The notes beneath the pieces are model-generated. The model did no database searches and was not told the origin of the DNA. It saw only the letters and a program-made list of their open reading frames with translations. From contig CM069132.1 of the NCBI GenBank assembly GCA_035221665.1, positions 98,208,001-98,272,000 of the forward strand: a DNA stretch of 64,000 nt, written 5' to 3'. Shown here one piece after another: positions 24,290 through 38,300 of the stretch (positions within the stretch are counted from its first letter, which is position 1; every line of letters begins with the position of its first letter). Position numbers and translations under genes: made by a program. This stretch comes from Okamejei kenojei. Taxonomy: Eukaryota.

Positions 24290-25060
24290 CAGATGACGGG
24301 GAAAGGGTTAGTTGGTTACCTAGAATTGGAAAATTCAATGTTCATACCATTGTGTTGCAAGCTACCCAAGCGGAATATAAGGTGCTTCTCCTCCAGTTTG
24401 TGTGTGGTGTCACTCTGGCAGTGAAGGAGGGCCTGGACGAAGTCAGCGTGGGAGTGGGAAGGCGAGTTAAAATGGTTAGCAACCGGGAGCAAGTGTTCTG
24501 TGAAATGGTTGCTTAGTCAACATTAGGTCTTGCTGATGTAAAGGAGGCCATAATGGGAGCACTGTATGCAGTAGATGAGGTTAGAAGAGCTGCATGTGAA
24601 CCTCAAGGGCCTATCCCATTTATGCAACTTTTTTTGGCGATTGCTGGCACCCGTCATAGGTCGCCGAAAATGTTCAACATGTTGAAAATTCAGCAGCGAT
24701 CAGAAAGACACTACGACTCTTTTGGTGACTAGGATACTACGCACGACCATACAGGCGACACCCTGGCGACATGTCGCGGGATGAAGCCTGCATGGTCATG
24801 AGTAGTCGCCCAAAGGAGTCGTAGCTTCTTTCTGATCGCCGCTGAATTTTCAACACCTTGTTCTGGTCGCCGCTGGATTTTCAACATGTTGACATTTTTC
24901 GGCGAACTGTAACGGCCTATGACGGGTGCCGGCAGTCGCCGAAAAAGTTGCGTAAATAGGACAGGCTCTTCAGTCTCACCTGGAAGGCTTGCCCAGGTCC
25001 CTGCACGGAGGTGTGGGAGGAGTTATAGAGGACAGGTATTACATCTCCCTTAACTGCAGG
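24290..25060 (-). mobile_element. Penelope-like GIY-YIG fragment split by a MITE
   Basis: Reverse complement encodes ..KLEKKHLIFRLGSLQHNGMNIEFSNSR; continuity is restored across 24606-24969. Confidence 0.7.
24606..24969. mobile_element. Harbinger/PIF-like palindromic MITE, 364 bp
   Basis: TSD tca at 24603-24605 and 24970-24972; ends agggcctatcccatttatgcaac / gttgcgtaaataggacaggctct; almost the whole element is self-complementary. Confidence 0.85.
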
Positions 25061-25796
25061 AAATGTAATACCTGTCCTCTATAACTCCTTCCTCACCTCC
25101 GTACAGGGAGATTGAAAAAAAGTTTCCCCTAACCACCCCCCATCCAAACCCAACATAATACAAACCAAGGAACACTAAAACATACTTTTTAACACATACT
25201 AAAAATATCAAAAAGAAAGGACAAACAGACTGTAGGCAAGGCAGCCACTGCTGGTGAAGCCACCCGGTGTTTACATATTTCCTCAGCAAATGATATTTCC
25301 ACCCCAGTCTTCATTCATGTAATCTGCCTCATTTCATGTCTTTCACTTTTTGTCATTTTGTCAGCTTCCTGGAGTGTTTAGTCTGTCACAAAAAGACTGG
25401 ATCATTTCCAATCCAACCTGTAATGTCCTAAAAGATGCTACCTCTGCCAGTTGTTCTGGGTGAATGAAAATCAGTAATGTGCGAAGGTAGACACAAAATG
25501 TTGGAGTAACTCAGCGTGTCAGGCACATCCCTGGAGAGAAAATGACGTTTCGGGTCAAGACCATTGTTCAGTCTGAAGAAGTCCGAAACATCACCCCTCC
25601 CCTGACCCCACTCACCATCAACAACACTACAGACACATCTGTGGAGTCTTTTAAGTTCCAGGGAACCGTCATCTCCAAGGACCTTAAGTGGGGGCTACCA
25701 TCAACCCCACACTCAAAATGGCACAACAGAGGAAGTACTTCCTGCGGCAGCTGAGGAAACACAATCTGCCACAGGCAATGATGGTCCAATTTTTCG

Positions 25797-26785
25797 AGTG
25801 GAGTGGATAGGGGAGAACCAGTGGATGTGGATAGGGGAGAACTAGTAGAGTGGATAGGGGATAACCAGTGGATGTGTTGTATCTGGACTTTCAGAAGGCT
25901 TTCGACAAGGTCCCACATAAGAGATTAGTATATAAACTTAAAGCACACGGTATTGGTAGTTCAATAATGATGTGGATAGAGAACTGGCTGGCAGGCAAAG
26001 GGTAGGAGTAAACGGGTCCTTTTCAGAATGGCAGGCAATGAGTAGTGGGGTACCGCAAGGCTCAGTGCTGGGACCCCAGCTATTTACAATATACATTAAT
26101 GATTTGGACAAGGGAATTGAATGCAACATCTCCAAATTTGCAGATGACACCAAGCTGGGGGGTATAGTTAGGTGTGAGGAGAATGCTAGGAGGCTGCAGG
26201 GTGATTTGGATAGGCTGAGTGAATGGGCAGATGCAGTATAATGTGGATAAATGTGAGGTTATCCACTTTGGTGGCAAAAACATGAGGGTAGACTATTATC
26301 TGAATGGTGGCAGATTAGGAAAAGGGGAGATGCAATGAGACCTGGGTGTCATGGTACAGCAGTCATTGAAAGTAGGCATGCAGGTGCAGCAGGCAGTGAA
26401 GAAAGCAAATGGTATGTTAGCATTCATAGCTAAAGGATTTGAGTATAGGAGCAGGGAGGTTCTACTGCAGTTGTACATGGTTTTGGTGAGACCACACCTG
26501 GAGTATTGCGTACAGTTTTGGTCTCCAAATCTGAGGAAAGACATTCTTGCCATTGAGGGGGTTCAGAGAAGGTTCACCAGACTGATTCCTGGGATGTCGG
26601 GACTTTCATATGAAGAAAGACTGGATAGACTCGGCTTGCACTCACTGGAATTTAGAAGATTGAGGGGGGATCTTATAGAAACTTACAAAATTCTTAAGGG
26701 GTTGGACAAGCTAGATGCAGGAAGATTGTTCCCGATGTTGGGGAAGTCCAGAACAACGGGTCACAGTCTAAGGATAAGGGGGATG
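25797..26785 (+). mobile_element. CR1 LINE RT fragment
   Basis: VDVLYLDFQKAFDKVPH, SGVPQGSVLGPQLFTIYINDLD, ISKFADDTKLGG, LVRPHLEYCVQFWSP; frameshifts and stops. Confidence 0.9.
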
Positions 26786-28494
26786 TGACCTGCATTGGCA
26801 AACTGTACAGTCCTTGTGCTCAAACTCCAGTATACAACATAAAGTACAGTACAGCAATATTCTGAAAGCTATTTAGAGATTCCCAAGAGATTTCCCAGCC
26901 TGGCAGCTGAGTGCTCTGATGTTTAATAATAATCTTAGATGTGCAGATGTGACATCTGGCTGATATTAAAAAAAATAGACTGGGAGAGTCTCTAACCTCC
27001 TCGTCATCTTTGTGTCCCGGTTCACCCTCCTACCGGGTGGAAGTGAGGGTGCATTAGGATGGTTTACCACAAGGATGCAAGATAAAAAAAGGGCTTATTT
27101 GACAAGGCCACTTACCGATGCGTAGAGGAACATTGCACAGAGCATGATGCATCCCCTGTGTGGAAATCACTTCAGAAATGTAAAGATGTGTCACAATGGA
27201 AATTGTTATTCAATCACAAGTAGCTCATTTTTATTTATAACGAAATATTCATTATCACATTTTATGGTTTCCTGGTAAGCCGTATTACAAGTCTATAAGT
27301 AACTTACAAGCTTTCACTGGGATAATCCTCCACCTTTTGATCCCAAAGAGCTTGATGTTCAGAATGGCTGTATTAGCGTGTGATGGGACTAGATGCCCTA
27401 ACATCTCTGACAGCTCCCGGTTATATTTCCAAAATGATCTTGAAATAGTCATAGTCATGTTTCAGGAAAACAAATCAAATTGCAATTGCATTGAGCAGAA
27501 AAAAAAAGTATTAAGAACATAAGACATGGGAGCAGAATTAGGCCATTGAGTGTGCTGTCCCATTCGATCATGGCTGATCTATATTTCCCTTTCAGCCTCA
27601 TTTTCTTGCCTTCTCCTGGTAACCTTTCACATCCTTGCTAAGCAAGAACCCATCAATCTCCACTTGAAAAATATCGAATGACTTGGCCTCCACCACCGTC
27701 TGTGGCAAGACATTCCACGGACTCACCACCCTCTGGCTAAAGAAATTCCTCCAACTCTATTCTAAAGGTACATCCTTCAATCCTGAGGCTGTGCTCTCTG
27801 GTCCCAGACTCTGGCATTACAGGAAGCATCTTGCATTGACATTTTAAACCAATGCCGTCACTGTGCACAGTTTTGGTTCCTGTACATAACAAAGGAAGAA
27901 AGGAAGAAATAGCATTGGGCACAGTCCAGAGTAGATTCACTTGGTTAATTCCTAGGATTAGAGGACTGTTCTACCAACATAAACTAAATAGAATGGATCT
28001 GTTTTCTTTGGCTTGGTTAAATTGTAGAAAAATGAGGGGTGATCTTACTAAAGGAAGCATGACGGTGTAGATTTGAGATCGTTTCACAACTGGGAAAGTC
28101 TTGAAAGAGGGGACAGATTTTCATGGTAAGGAGCTGGTCATGTAAACTGAGGTATGCAGAAATGTTCTTTTAGCACTGGATGGTGAATCTCAGGAAGAGG
28201 TTGGATTAATGAAATACTTAAAGTAAAGGCAGATATATTTTTAAGAGATCAGGAATTGATTGCAATGGTGATCTGGCTCAGAGGATAAGTTAATGCTCAG
28301 GGTAGATCAACCAGGATTGCGTGGTTGATAGGCAGAGGGATGTACAAAGGCCAGAGATGAATAGACAAAAGGTGTGAGATACAGCTGGAAGGGGTGTGAC
28401 TTGTGAAGTCAAAAGAAGGACTGCGGAAGGAATGTAGGTGAAAGGGGTAGGGGATAAATTGGTAGACGTCAAAGAGAGATAAAATTGAGGAGGG

Positions 28495-29480
28495 TGGGAG
28501 GGAGGGTTGTAACCACTTCGTCCTCAGTAACAATTGGTATGGGAGCACCTCAAGGCTGCATGCTCAGCCCCCTGCTTTACTCATTCTATACCCATGACTG
28601 TGTAGCCAGACGACACCACTGTTGTTGGACGAATCACAGATGGGGACGAGTCAGAGTACAGAAGTGAGATCGACCGACTGACCAAATGGTGCCAGCACAA
28701 CAACCTGGCTCTCAACATCAGTAAGACCAAGGAACTGATTGTGGACTTTGATAGGGGAAGGATGAGGACCAACAATCCTGTTTATATCAACGGGATGATG
28801 GTGGAAAGGGTCAATAACTTCAAATTCCTAGGCGTGCATATATCAGAAGATCTTTCCTGGACGCAGCACACCAATGCAATTGTAAAGAAGGCACATCAGC
28901 GATTCTACTTCCTGAGAAGATTACGGAGATTCGGCATGTCGAAGAGGATTCTCCTAAACTCCCACAGGTGCACGGTAGAGAGCATTCTGACTGGTTGCAT
29001 CATGGTCTCGTTCGGCAACTTGAACGTCCAGGAGCGAAAAATACTACAAAAAGTTGTGACCACTGCCCAGTCCATCACCGGCTTTGACCTCCCCACCGTC
29101 GAAGGGATCTATCGTAGTCGCTGCCTCAAAAAGGCAGCCAAGATCATCAAGGACCCACACCATCCTGGCCACACACTCATCTCACCATTGCCATCAGGAA
29201 GAAGGTACAGGAGCCTGAAAACTGTAACGTCCAGGTTCAAGAACAGCTTCTTCCCCACAGCCATCAGGCTATTAAACACATCGAATAAGCCCTGAGCTCC
29301 GAAATGCAAAATACTATATTATTATTTGTTATTTGCAATATGTTTGTTATTTATTGAACTTTTTCCTCCCCGTTATGTACAATATTTACATATTCACATA
29401 TTCTGTTGTGCTGCAGCAAGTAAGAATTTCATTGTCCCATCCGGGACATATGATAATAAAACACTCTTGACTTGAACTCA
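28495..29480 (+). mobile_element. Rex1/Babar-type LINE 3' portion
   Basis: GAPQGCMLSPLLYSFYTHDC; ORF 28741-29295 FKFLGVHISEDLSW...IIKDPHHPGH..LPSGRRYRSL..FKNSFFPTAIRLLN; aataaa tail. Confidence 0.88.
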
Positions 29481-29964
29481 CCTAAAATTGGAGACTTTGT
29501 TCATACTGTTGGGTTGTAAGCTATCCATACAGAACTGCAGCTTATGTCTGAGGGACCAAGTGGCTTACTGCTTCTCCTGTTTCCTTATGTTCTTGTGTGA
29601 GCTTGGTAGAGCTTGGCATTGTAAAGAATTGCACCACATTTTTCTCTATGCTTGTTTGATTCTGCTTTATCCGAGTTGCTTACATTGAAAATATAATTAG
29701 ATAACAATATAATTAATTTAAAACTACTCTGGAATCAGAGGTTTTTTTTGTTAATGATAATCTTTCTTCTCCTGACAGTGTTCATTATTTAGTAGGGCGG
29801 TGGAGTGTCCTGGGTACCAGTCACTCTCAAACAACTTCACCATATGGCGATTCTTCAACTGTGGGTCTTGAGAGGGATTGTTAATAGACTGTTTAGTATT
29901 GGCTGGAAGGCACAGGGAACAGTTCAGCGATTGCAGGCACTAAAGTTGAATCCTTGAAAAGTTG

Positions 29965-31930
29965 AAAAGATGAAGTATGAAGGTAAGCTAGCCAAGAATA
30001 TAAAGGTGGATAGTAAAAACTATTTTAGGTGTGAAGAGAAAAAAATTAGCTAAGACAAATGTGGGTCCCTTGAAGACAGAAACAGGTGAATTTATTTTGG
30101 GGAACAAGGAAATGGCAGACGAGTTGAATGGATACTTTGGTTCTGTCTTCACTAAAGAACCACGGAAGACACAAACAATCTTCCAGATGTACTCAGGGAC
30201 AAAGTACCTAGAGTGACAGAGGAACTGAAGGAAATTCACATTGGTCAGGAAATGGTGTTGGGTAAACTGATGAGACTGAAGGCTGATAAATCCACAGGAC
30301 CTGATGGTCTGCATCCCAGGGTACTCAAGGAGGTGGCTCCAGAAATCGTGGGCATATTGGTGATCATTTTCCAATGTTTTATAGATTCTGGATCAGTTCC
30401 GGTGGATTGAAGGGTAGCTAATGGCTCTTAAAAATAGCAGAGTCAGGGGATATGGGAAGAAGGCAGGGACGGGGTACTGATTGGGGATGATCAGCCATGA
30501 TCACATGGGATGGTGGTGCTGGCTTGAAGGGCCAAATGTCCTACTCCTGCATCTATTGTCTATTAATGTTATCCCACTTTTCAACAAAGGAGGGAGAGAG
30601 AAAGCTGGGAATTATAGACCAGTTAGCCTGACATTGGTGGTGGGGAAGATGCTGGAGTTGATTATCACAGGTGTAATAGGGGCGCATTTGGATAGCAGTA
30701 ACAGGATCGGTCCAAGTCAGCATGGATTTACGAAGGGGAAATCATACTTGACAAATCTTTTGAGCATATAACAAGAAAAATGGACAAGGGAGAGCCAGTG
30801 GAGATAGTGTACCTGCGTTTCCGAAAGCCTTTGATAAGGTCCCACACAGGAGATTTGAGTGCAAAATTAGAGCACATAGTATTAGGGGTAAAGTATTGAC
30901 ATGGGTAGAACATTGGTTGGCAGACAGGAAACAAAGGATAGAGAATAATGGGTCACTTTCAGAATGTCAGGCAGTGACTAGTGGGGTGCCACAAGGCTTG
31001 ATGCTGGGACCACAGCTATTTACAATATAGATGAATGATTTAGATGAAGGAATTAAAAGTAACATTAGCAAATCTGCAGATAACACAAAGCTGGATGACA
31101 GTGTGAACTGTGAAGAGGATGCTATGAGGATGCAGAGTGACTTGGACAGGTTGGGTGAGTGGACAGGTGCATGGCAGATGCAGTATAATGTGGATAAATG
31201 TTAGGTTATCCACTTTGGAGGCAAGAACAGAAGCAGATTATTATCTGAATGGTGTCAGGTTAGGAAAAGGGGAAGTACAATGAGACCTGGGTGTCCTAGT
31301 ACATCAGTCACTGAAAGTATGCATACAGGTACAACAGGCAATGAAGAAAGCTAATGGCATGTAGGCCTTCATAACAAGAAGAGTTGAGTATAGGAGCAAC
31401 AAGGTCTTTCTGCAGTTGTACAGGGCCCTGGTGAAACCACACCTGGAGTATTGTGTGGAGATTTGCTCTCCTAATTTGAGGAAGGACATTCTTGCTATTG
31501 AGAGAGTGCAGCATAGGTTCACAAGGTTAATTCCCGGGATGGCAGGACTGTCATATGATGAAAGAAAAGAGCGACTGGGATTGAATTTAGAAGAATGAGA
31601 GGGGATCTTATGGAAATATATAAAATTGCTAAGGGATTGGACACGCAAGATGCAGGAAACATGTTCCCTATGTTGGGGGGAGTCCAGAACCAGGGGCACA
31701 GTTTAAGAACAAGGGGTAGGCCATTTAAAACTGAGGAAAAACCTTTTTCACATAGAGAGTTGTGAATTTGTGGAATTCACTGCCTCAGAAAGCAGTGGAA
31801 GTTGATTCACTGGACGAATTCCAAAGAGAGTTAGATAGAGCTCTTAGGGCTAACGGAATCAAGAGATATGGGGAGAAGGCAGGAACGGGGTACTGATTGT
31901 GGCTGATCCTACTCCTGCACCTATTGTCTA
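29965..31930 (+). mobile_element. Degenerate CR1 LINE ORF2 plus tail, with a nested CR1 tail at about 30425-30563 (TSD taatg)
   Basis: KSTGPDGLHPRVLKE, NVIPLFNKGGREKAGNYRPVSLT, QHGFTKGKSYLTNL, LVKPHLEYCV; many stops. Confidence 0.88.
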
Positions 31931-34900
31931 TGTATCCGTCTCCCTCTTTATTTGCATTTTTCAGCAGTTCTATCCATATTGCTGAATGGCAATCAATGTC
32001 CGCCAAATTCCCCAACTTAACATAACTTAAAACATTTGCAACTCTCTGATTGCTGTTTCTGAAGCAATAACCCAATTAATCATAGGCTAAAGGTGGAACC
32101 TGGGACCTCCCTGAAGCTGTTGGATCTGCTAATTACTGGATAAATTCATGAAGACATCAATGCAGATGTCAATACATAATGAATGTCACTTTTCAATATT
32201 CCCTACTAAGCTTGTCACGTTTAATATTCATCACAGAAATGTAGCTCAACTGCCAAACTAACATTTCTCATTTGTGAATGTGACAAACTGATCTGTGTAG
32301 GTGTTTATGTAATTAAGCGATGCAAAATCTAAGGAACGGTGCGCACCATTATGCTACTTAGAATCTAATTAACTTTTGTAAGAAACGTTAATTGAGGGAA
32401 GGAATTCTTAAGTGTCCAACACTGCTTGGGGTTCAATTGACTCAAAGCACCTCCTGAGGGCCACATATTATGCGAAGATTGTCCTTGGCATGTTTGTTTA
32501 CTGGCTTTATCTTGCACTAAATGTTATTCACATTACGCCCTTTATCATGTATCATGTAACTTTCTCACGCAGAGGGTTGTGAATCTGTAGAATTCTCTGC
32601 CTCAGAAGGCAGTGGAGGCCAATTATCTGTATGCTTTCAAGATAGAGTTGGATAGAGCTCTTAAAGATAGCGGAGTCAGGGGATATGGGGAAATGGCAGG
32701 AACAGGGTACTGAGTGTGGATGATCGGCCATGATCACAGTGAATGGCGGTGCTGGCTCGAAGGGCCGAATGGCCTACTCCTGCACCTATTGTCTATTGAA
32801 ACACTGTGGTTGGCTTGATTGTAATCATGTATTGTCTTTCCACTGACTGGTTAGCACGCAACAAAAGCTTTTTACTGTACCTTGGTACACGTGACAATAA
32901 ACTAAATAAGCAAAACTCAACTCAACTTATCTTTGTAGACATTGTCCAGTGTACCAATGTAGACATTGATAGTGAACGTGGCTTACTTCCCAAAATGTGA
33001 AGCCAGACACGTTCAATTCCACGGAACTGCCTCAGAACAAGATGAAAGAGACTGGCATGTACAATGTTTACAAATTCATTTTAACAATTTGGACATTGGC
33101 CTCAACATTCAGTCCCACGCAACTCAATCCTGACAATTAATGCACTAATTAAGATAGGTAATCTGCTCAGAGTATTGGTCTTCTTTTCTTCTAAACCGTA
33201 GTACCTTTTCTCAGGGAATTAACTCCGCAGTATAAAATCTCAAATCAAATTAAAACTAATGAGACACTGCCTGCTGGGCATAGAGTTCAATGTTCAGATT
33301 CAGGGAGAAAACAAAGCTGCATTTTTTTGGAACCCAGCTGGTCAGGCAGTATCCATGGAGGCAAAGGGACAGTCAATGATTTGGGTTGAGACCTTGAATC
33401 AGGAGTGAGATGGATGACTGCAGCGCTATAAAGACTTCAGGAGCTCAACAGCATTATGAAAAAGTTGTCCAATTGATTAACATCTCATTAATTGCTCTAA
33501 ACATTCTTTCCCTTCACCACCGGTGATCATGGCTACATTGCGCACCATCAACAGAGTGCATGGTTTGTACTTGTCTGCCTTCCTCTGCCAGAAACTCCCA
33601 CCCCTCCCCCCCCCCCCCCCCCCACCCCCCCCCACCTCCTCCTACCCAAATCCACAACTTCTGCCACCAGGCGGAAAGGCAGCAAGCACACGGAGGTGCT
33701 ACCACAACCCGGTTCCTCTCTTAATCACATATTATCATAACTTGGAAATATAATGCAGGTCATTCATCATCCTTCCTCAACAGCATTGTGGAAGTACCTT
33801 CACTAGAAGGACTGCTTCCATGCAAATGGCTCACCATCAGCTTGTCAAGTGCTGCCAGTGAATGGCAATAAATACTGGCCATGACAGTGATGCTGCCCAT
33901 ATCTTGAAAATACTGTAAATTAAACAAAAAAATCGCAAAGGATTTTCCTTCCTGCCTCTGGCTGGCTGAGGTTTGCAGTAGCAATGTTTCAATTTTGGTT
34001 ATGAAAGATCCCAAGAGAAATTAGGAAAGGCTTGCTATCCGGAAGCAAATGATCTTGGGCATGAGTCACTGACATTTTTCAGGATCGCCTAGATTTCTGC
34101 AAAACATACAGAACAGAATAACATGATATCCGGTCCCTTTACCTGATAATTAGGATTATGCTTCCTAACAAACAATAATTTTATTTCTTGGAGACATCAT
34201 TTTTATTTTTGCTTACATATAGGTGTGTCTAATCATTTGATCTGACAGCATTATGCAGCCATTTTGACGATAAAGTGTGATTCTCACACAGACTATAAAA
34301 TGTGATTCTCCATGTTAGAAATATTTCAAAACAAATGGAGATATATAAATGTCTCTGGAGTGTAGAGTGACAAAAATGTGCACCTGACGCAGGTTTGAAA
34401 TGACTGACCGTGAGCTTGGGTGTAATGACAATATTTTTTTACCAATTCTGCTGAAGCAGGGTCTCGACCCAGAAACGTCACCTATTCTTTTTCTCCAGAG
34501 ATGCTGCCTGGCCTGCTGAGTTACTCCAGCATTTTGTGTCCATCTTAGGTGTAAACCAGCATCTGCAATTGCTCCTCCACTGCAAGTTATTCTGTTGTGA
34601 TTGCCGATCCCCCGAGGTGGGAATTTGCCACCATGTGTGGGAGAGCTGATTAGACTTTGCCACAGCAGGGTGAGTCAAACGTGGCAAGGCCAATGGCTAT
34701 AACATGGAGCAGTTACAATGAATAACTATGATCTATTCCGGGGGGCAATTAAATAAGTACGAGGAAAAAAACAACAAATTAATTCATCCATGTTCTCCGG
34801 AGATTAAAATTGATATGGAAGTCCAGTGAAGACAGCTGTGCTGAATATGTTGCCCATTGGCCTGTTTCTTAGCTGTAAACTCAATGAAACCATCTTTCTC

Positions 34901-35045
34901 ATGCAATTTTGCTTCATCAGCAATCCTAAATAAATTACTCCTGTTCTTCATACAAATCATTGGTATAGATTGTAAACAGCTGGGGTCCCAGCACTGATTC
35001 CTGTAGCATCCACTAGTTACAGCTTTCAAATGTAAAAAAAAAATA

Positions 35046-35360
35046 GTTTAGTTTAGTTTAGTTTAGGGATTCAGTGTGGAAACAAGTCCTTCGGCCCAGC
35101 AATCCCGCACCGACCAGCGATCCCCAACATTACTACTATCCTACACACACTGGGGACAATTTACAATTTAACCAAGCCAATTAACCTACAAACCTGCACA
35201 TCTTTGGAGTGTGGGAGGAAACCGGAGCTCACAGGGAAACCCCATGCAGATCATGAGGAGAACGTACAAACTCCACACAGACAAGCACCCATAGTCATGA
35301 TCGAACCCAGGTCTCTGGCGCTGTAAGGCAGCAACTCCACCGCTGCGCCACCGTGTTGCC
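35046..35360 (-). mobile_element. tRNA-derived SINE (HE1/V-SINE-like)
   Basis: (gttta)n tail, core and tRNA-like head as in the other copies. Confidence 0.8.
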
Positions 35361-38300
35361 CCGGTACTCATTTATTCTTATTCTCTGTGTTTATTCTCTT
35401 ATCATTCTGCAATCAATCCCAGTGAGTTGCCTTCAATTTTACTTACTATTATGTGGCACATTTGAATGGTCCTTCTAAATATTCAAAGAAACCATTTCCA
35501 TTGGTTTGCCCTCAACCATTTCTGCTGGTTACCCTCCAGAAAATTGTCAAACATGATTCCCTTTTAAAATAAATCTATGTCAGCTTTACCCAATCGTATT
35601 ATTATTTATTTGTGCACTGTTACACTGTTCCTTTCAATAGATTTTCTACTGACATCAGGCTAACTAGTTGCAATGGCCTGTTTATTTCCCCCTCACCTTT
35701 CTTAAATAAAGGGGTTACATTAACAACTATGGCAATTTCAAATTGCAATGAATTGCAATTCATGAGTTATCTTTCTCACCACCAATTGCTGGTTGATTTG
35801 TATATTACTAATAGCATTTTGTTTCAGCAAAGCCTTGATCGGTAGAAAACAGACACAATGAGTCAGATACCCGAATAAAGAGATTAAGACAGCAGCCCAA
35901 AGCAAGAGTGTGGAAAGAAGACAACTTTTAAAAAGGACAGATGGTAAAGAATGCACAATTTATTGCTCTGTGGGGAGATACTTGCTATTCTGTGCTGCTG
36001 CATTATTATAATCATTGCAGAGAAATTCCTATTATTAAAGAAACCTTTCACTTTCATGTCTACAGATTGGATTTAACCCATTGTTGGCGTTATAGAGTCG
36101 GAGAATCATAGAGCTGCACAGAACAGCAACAGGCCCTTCGGCTCACTTGGTCCATGCCAAATGTTGTCATTCTGAGGCGGTCCAATTTGCCTGCAATCAT
36201 CCATATCCTTCTGAAGCTTTCCTATGCACATATCCATCCAAAGTTGTAATTGTATCCTGTTTGATGCTATCCCCAACCTCCCTACTGCTGTTTGGTGGTC
36301 TGTATACAACTCCAACAAGCGTTTTCTGCCCTTGGCTATTTTGCAGCTGTACCAACTTGAGGAAAGGGTTGATATCAAGAGTAGGAGTGAAACGGTGCAA
36401 TGGATAGCAAAGGGGAGTTGCTGCATTGGACCATGTGCTGTGATCTGATCACTGAAATGGAAAGATCAGGGACACAGGTCATGGCTATGTCAGCTGAGAT
36501 ACTCAGTGTACAGATGACGCCAACTTTCTCAGAGCAATCTTTGTGCAAAAGGCGAGCACGTGAAAATCAAAATGGAGGATGCGGCCAGAGGTCTCAGAGC
36601 GGATGGGGTGGGGGAGGGGGCTTCAAGTCAAGTATTGTTCCAAACTTGCTCCACGATTTTGCTCCTTGTTTAATTGTAAATGAACAATATATATTGTAGT
36701 TTGCAACCTTTTAACCTAATTTCTGTCGGTCATTCAGAAACCTGTGCTGTGCAAAGTACAATTGGAATTGTTACAGGCAACAGCAAGTCTAATTTGCTGC
36801 TACGTGGAACTTTAATCTGAAATGGTTGCAAACACTTCAAAACAAATGTAAAACACTTTCTGCAATGCTATGCATACACAAAAAGCAGTTACAAATGGTT
36901 TGTTTCCCCCATATCCATTTCTAGTGTAGTCTTACAACAATTTGAGAAAATCCCTAAGTGCTTCAGCCAATGGATTATTTTTGAAGTCGTGTCATTGCTA
37001 TTTTGTAGTGAGAAATGGTTATTGCAAGAAAAAAACAGGTTGTTATCTAACAGATGTTTCTTTGCCAACCAATTTATTCCTTCCCAATTTAGAAACAAGT
37101 CAGTTTAAAATCAATATTACATTATTTCCCAGAGGCTGGAACATGTTAAAAATAATATTCACCTCAAAATACATTGGTTAATTAAGGAGTGCAAGCAGGG
37201 TGTGTAAACGACAAGTTCTTGACAAACTAATTCAAATTCTTTGGAGAAATTAAGTGGTACTGCCGAGAAATGTATTCCCAATCAGTGGCATTAAATATGC
37301 TATTTAGCAGTGGTTGTGTGTTGTGCTCTAATTTCCACTAAGTCAATGAACTCAAAATTGAAGGCAGAGTACGATGTGCGGTCATTATTATATAGCATGA
37401 ATAGTGATGGTGAGCAAGACTTTTTTTTTGGCAGAGATGTTCTACATGTATGAATTTTCAAAATAAATTTCATAAAATGTTATAGAGGTTGGCTGACAAG
37501 AGGAAGGTGCATATGATTAAAATGAGAACAATGGAAGTCACTTCAGGAGGACATAAATTGGTAGATTGTGCAGAAAGATGGCAGAAACCATTTAATACAC
37601 AGAAATGTGTAGGGTTATTATATTCAGTGGAAGAATAACATGGCGACAAAGCTTGAATCGGATTCAAAAGATCAAGAGAAATTTATAATACTATTTTCAT
37701 GTCAGGATTGATGAAACTCTGAATGGTCGGCTCCTGAACCACCCACACACAACATAAATTTTATCTCCTGAGCCACTGTAACTTATGTTTCAAGCATTTA
37801 CAAGTGAGACTAACTCCCAAGTCACTTTGATTTTAGTATTTGCTTTTTATTGGTGTTTTAGCTATCTACAATTATTGCTATGACCTATAGATCCGAACAA
37901 ACACTAACACAAAAAGCCTTTGCTTAAAATCAGTGATGGAAATGGGTTTTAGGAACTAGGGGTACTCCAAGGTCCATGAGGCTGAGGTTGGGAAGGAAGG
38001 AAGGAAGGGGGGGATTTTTTTTATGTGCGGTCATACCCATGTAAGAGTACAAGAAAGCATATCTTGTTTATTGTGTATTTATAATATAGTTTATTGTGTA
38101 ATTATATGACATAGCTGCTTTCTTGCATCTCTCTCTCTCCTCTCTCTCTGTGTTGGCTGCAGCCACCGTCTGCTTCAGTGGAGGGAAGCAGTTCGGTGAT
38201 TGATCAAAAGGCCCCTCGGAGACTGTGTCTGATGGCCACCGAGTGTGATTGTGAATTATGTGATTGGACACAATGCCCTTGGAGACGGCGGCTGATTGGA

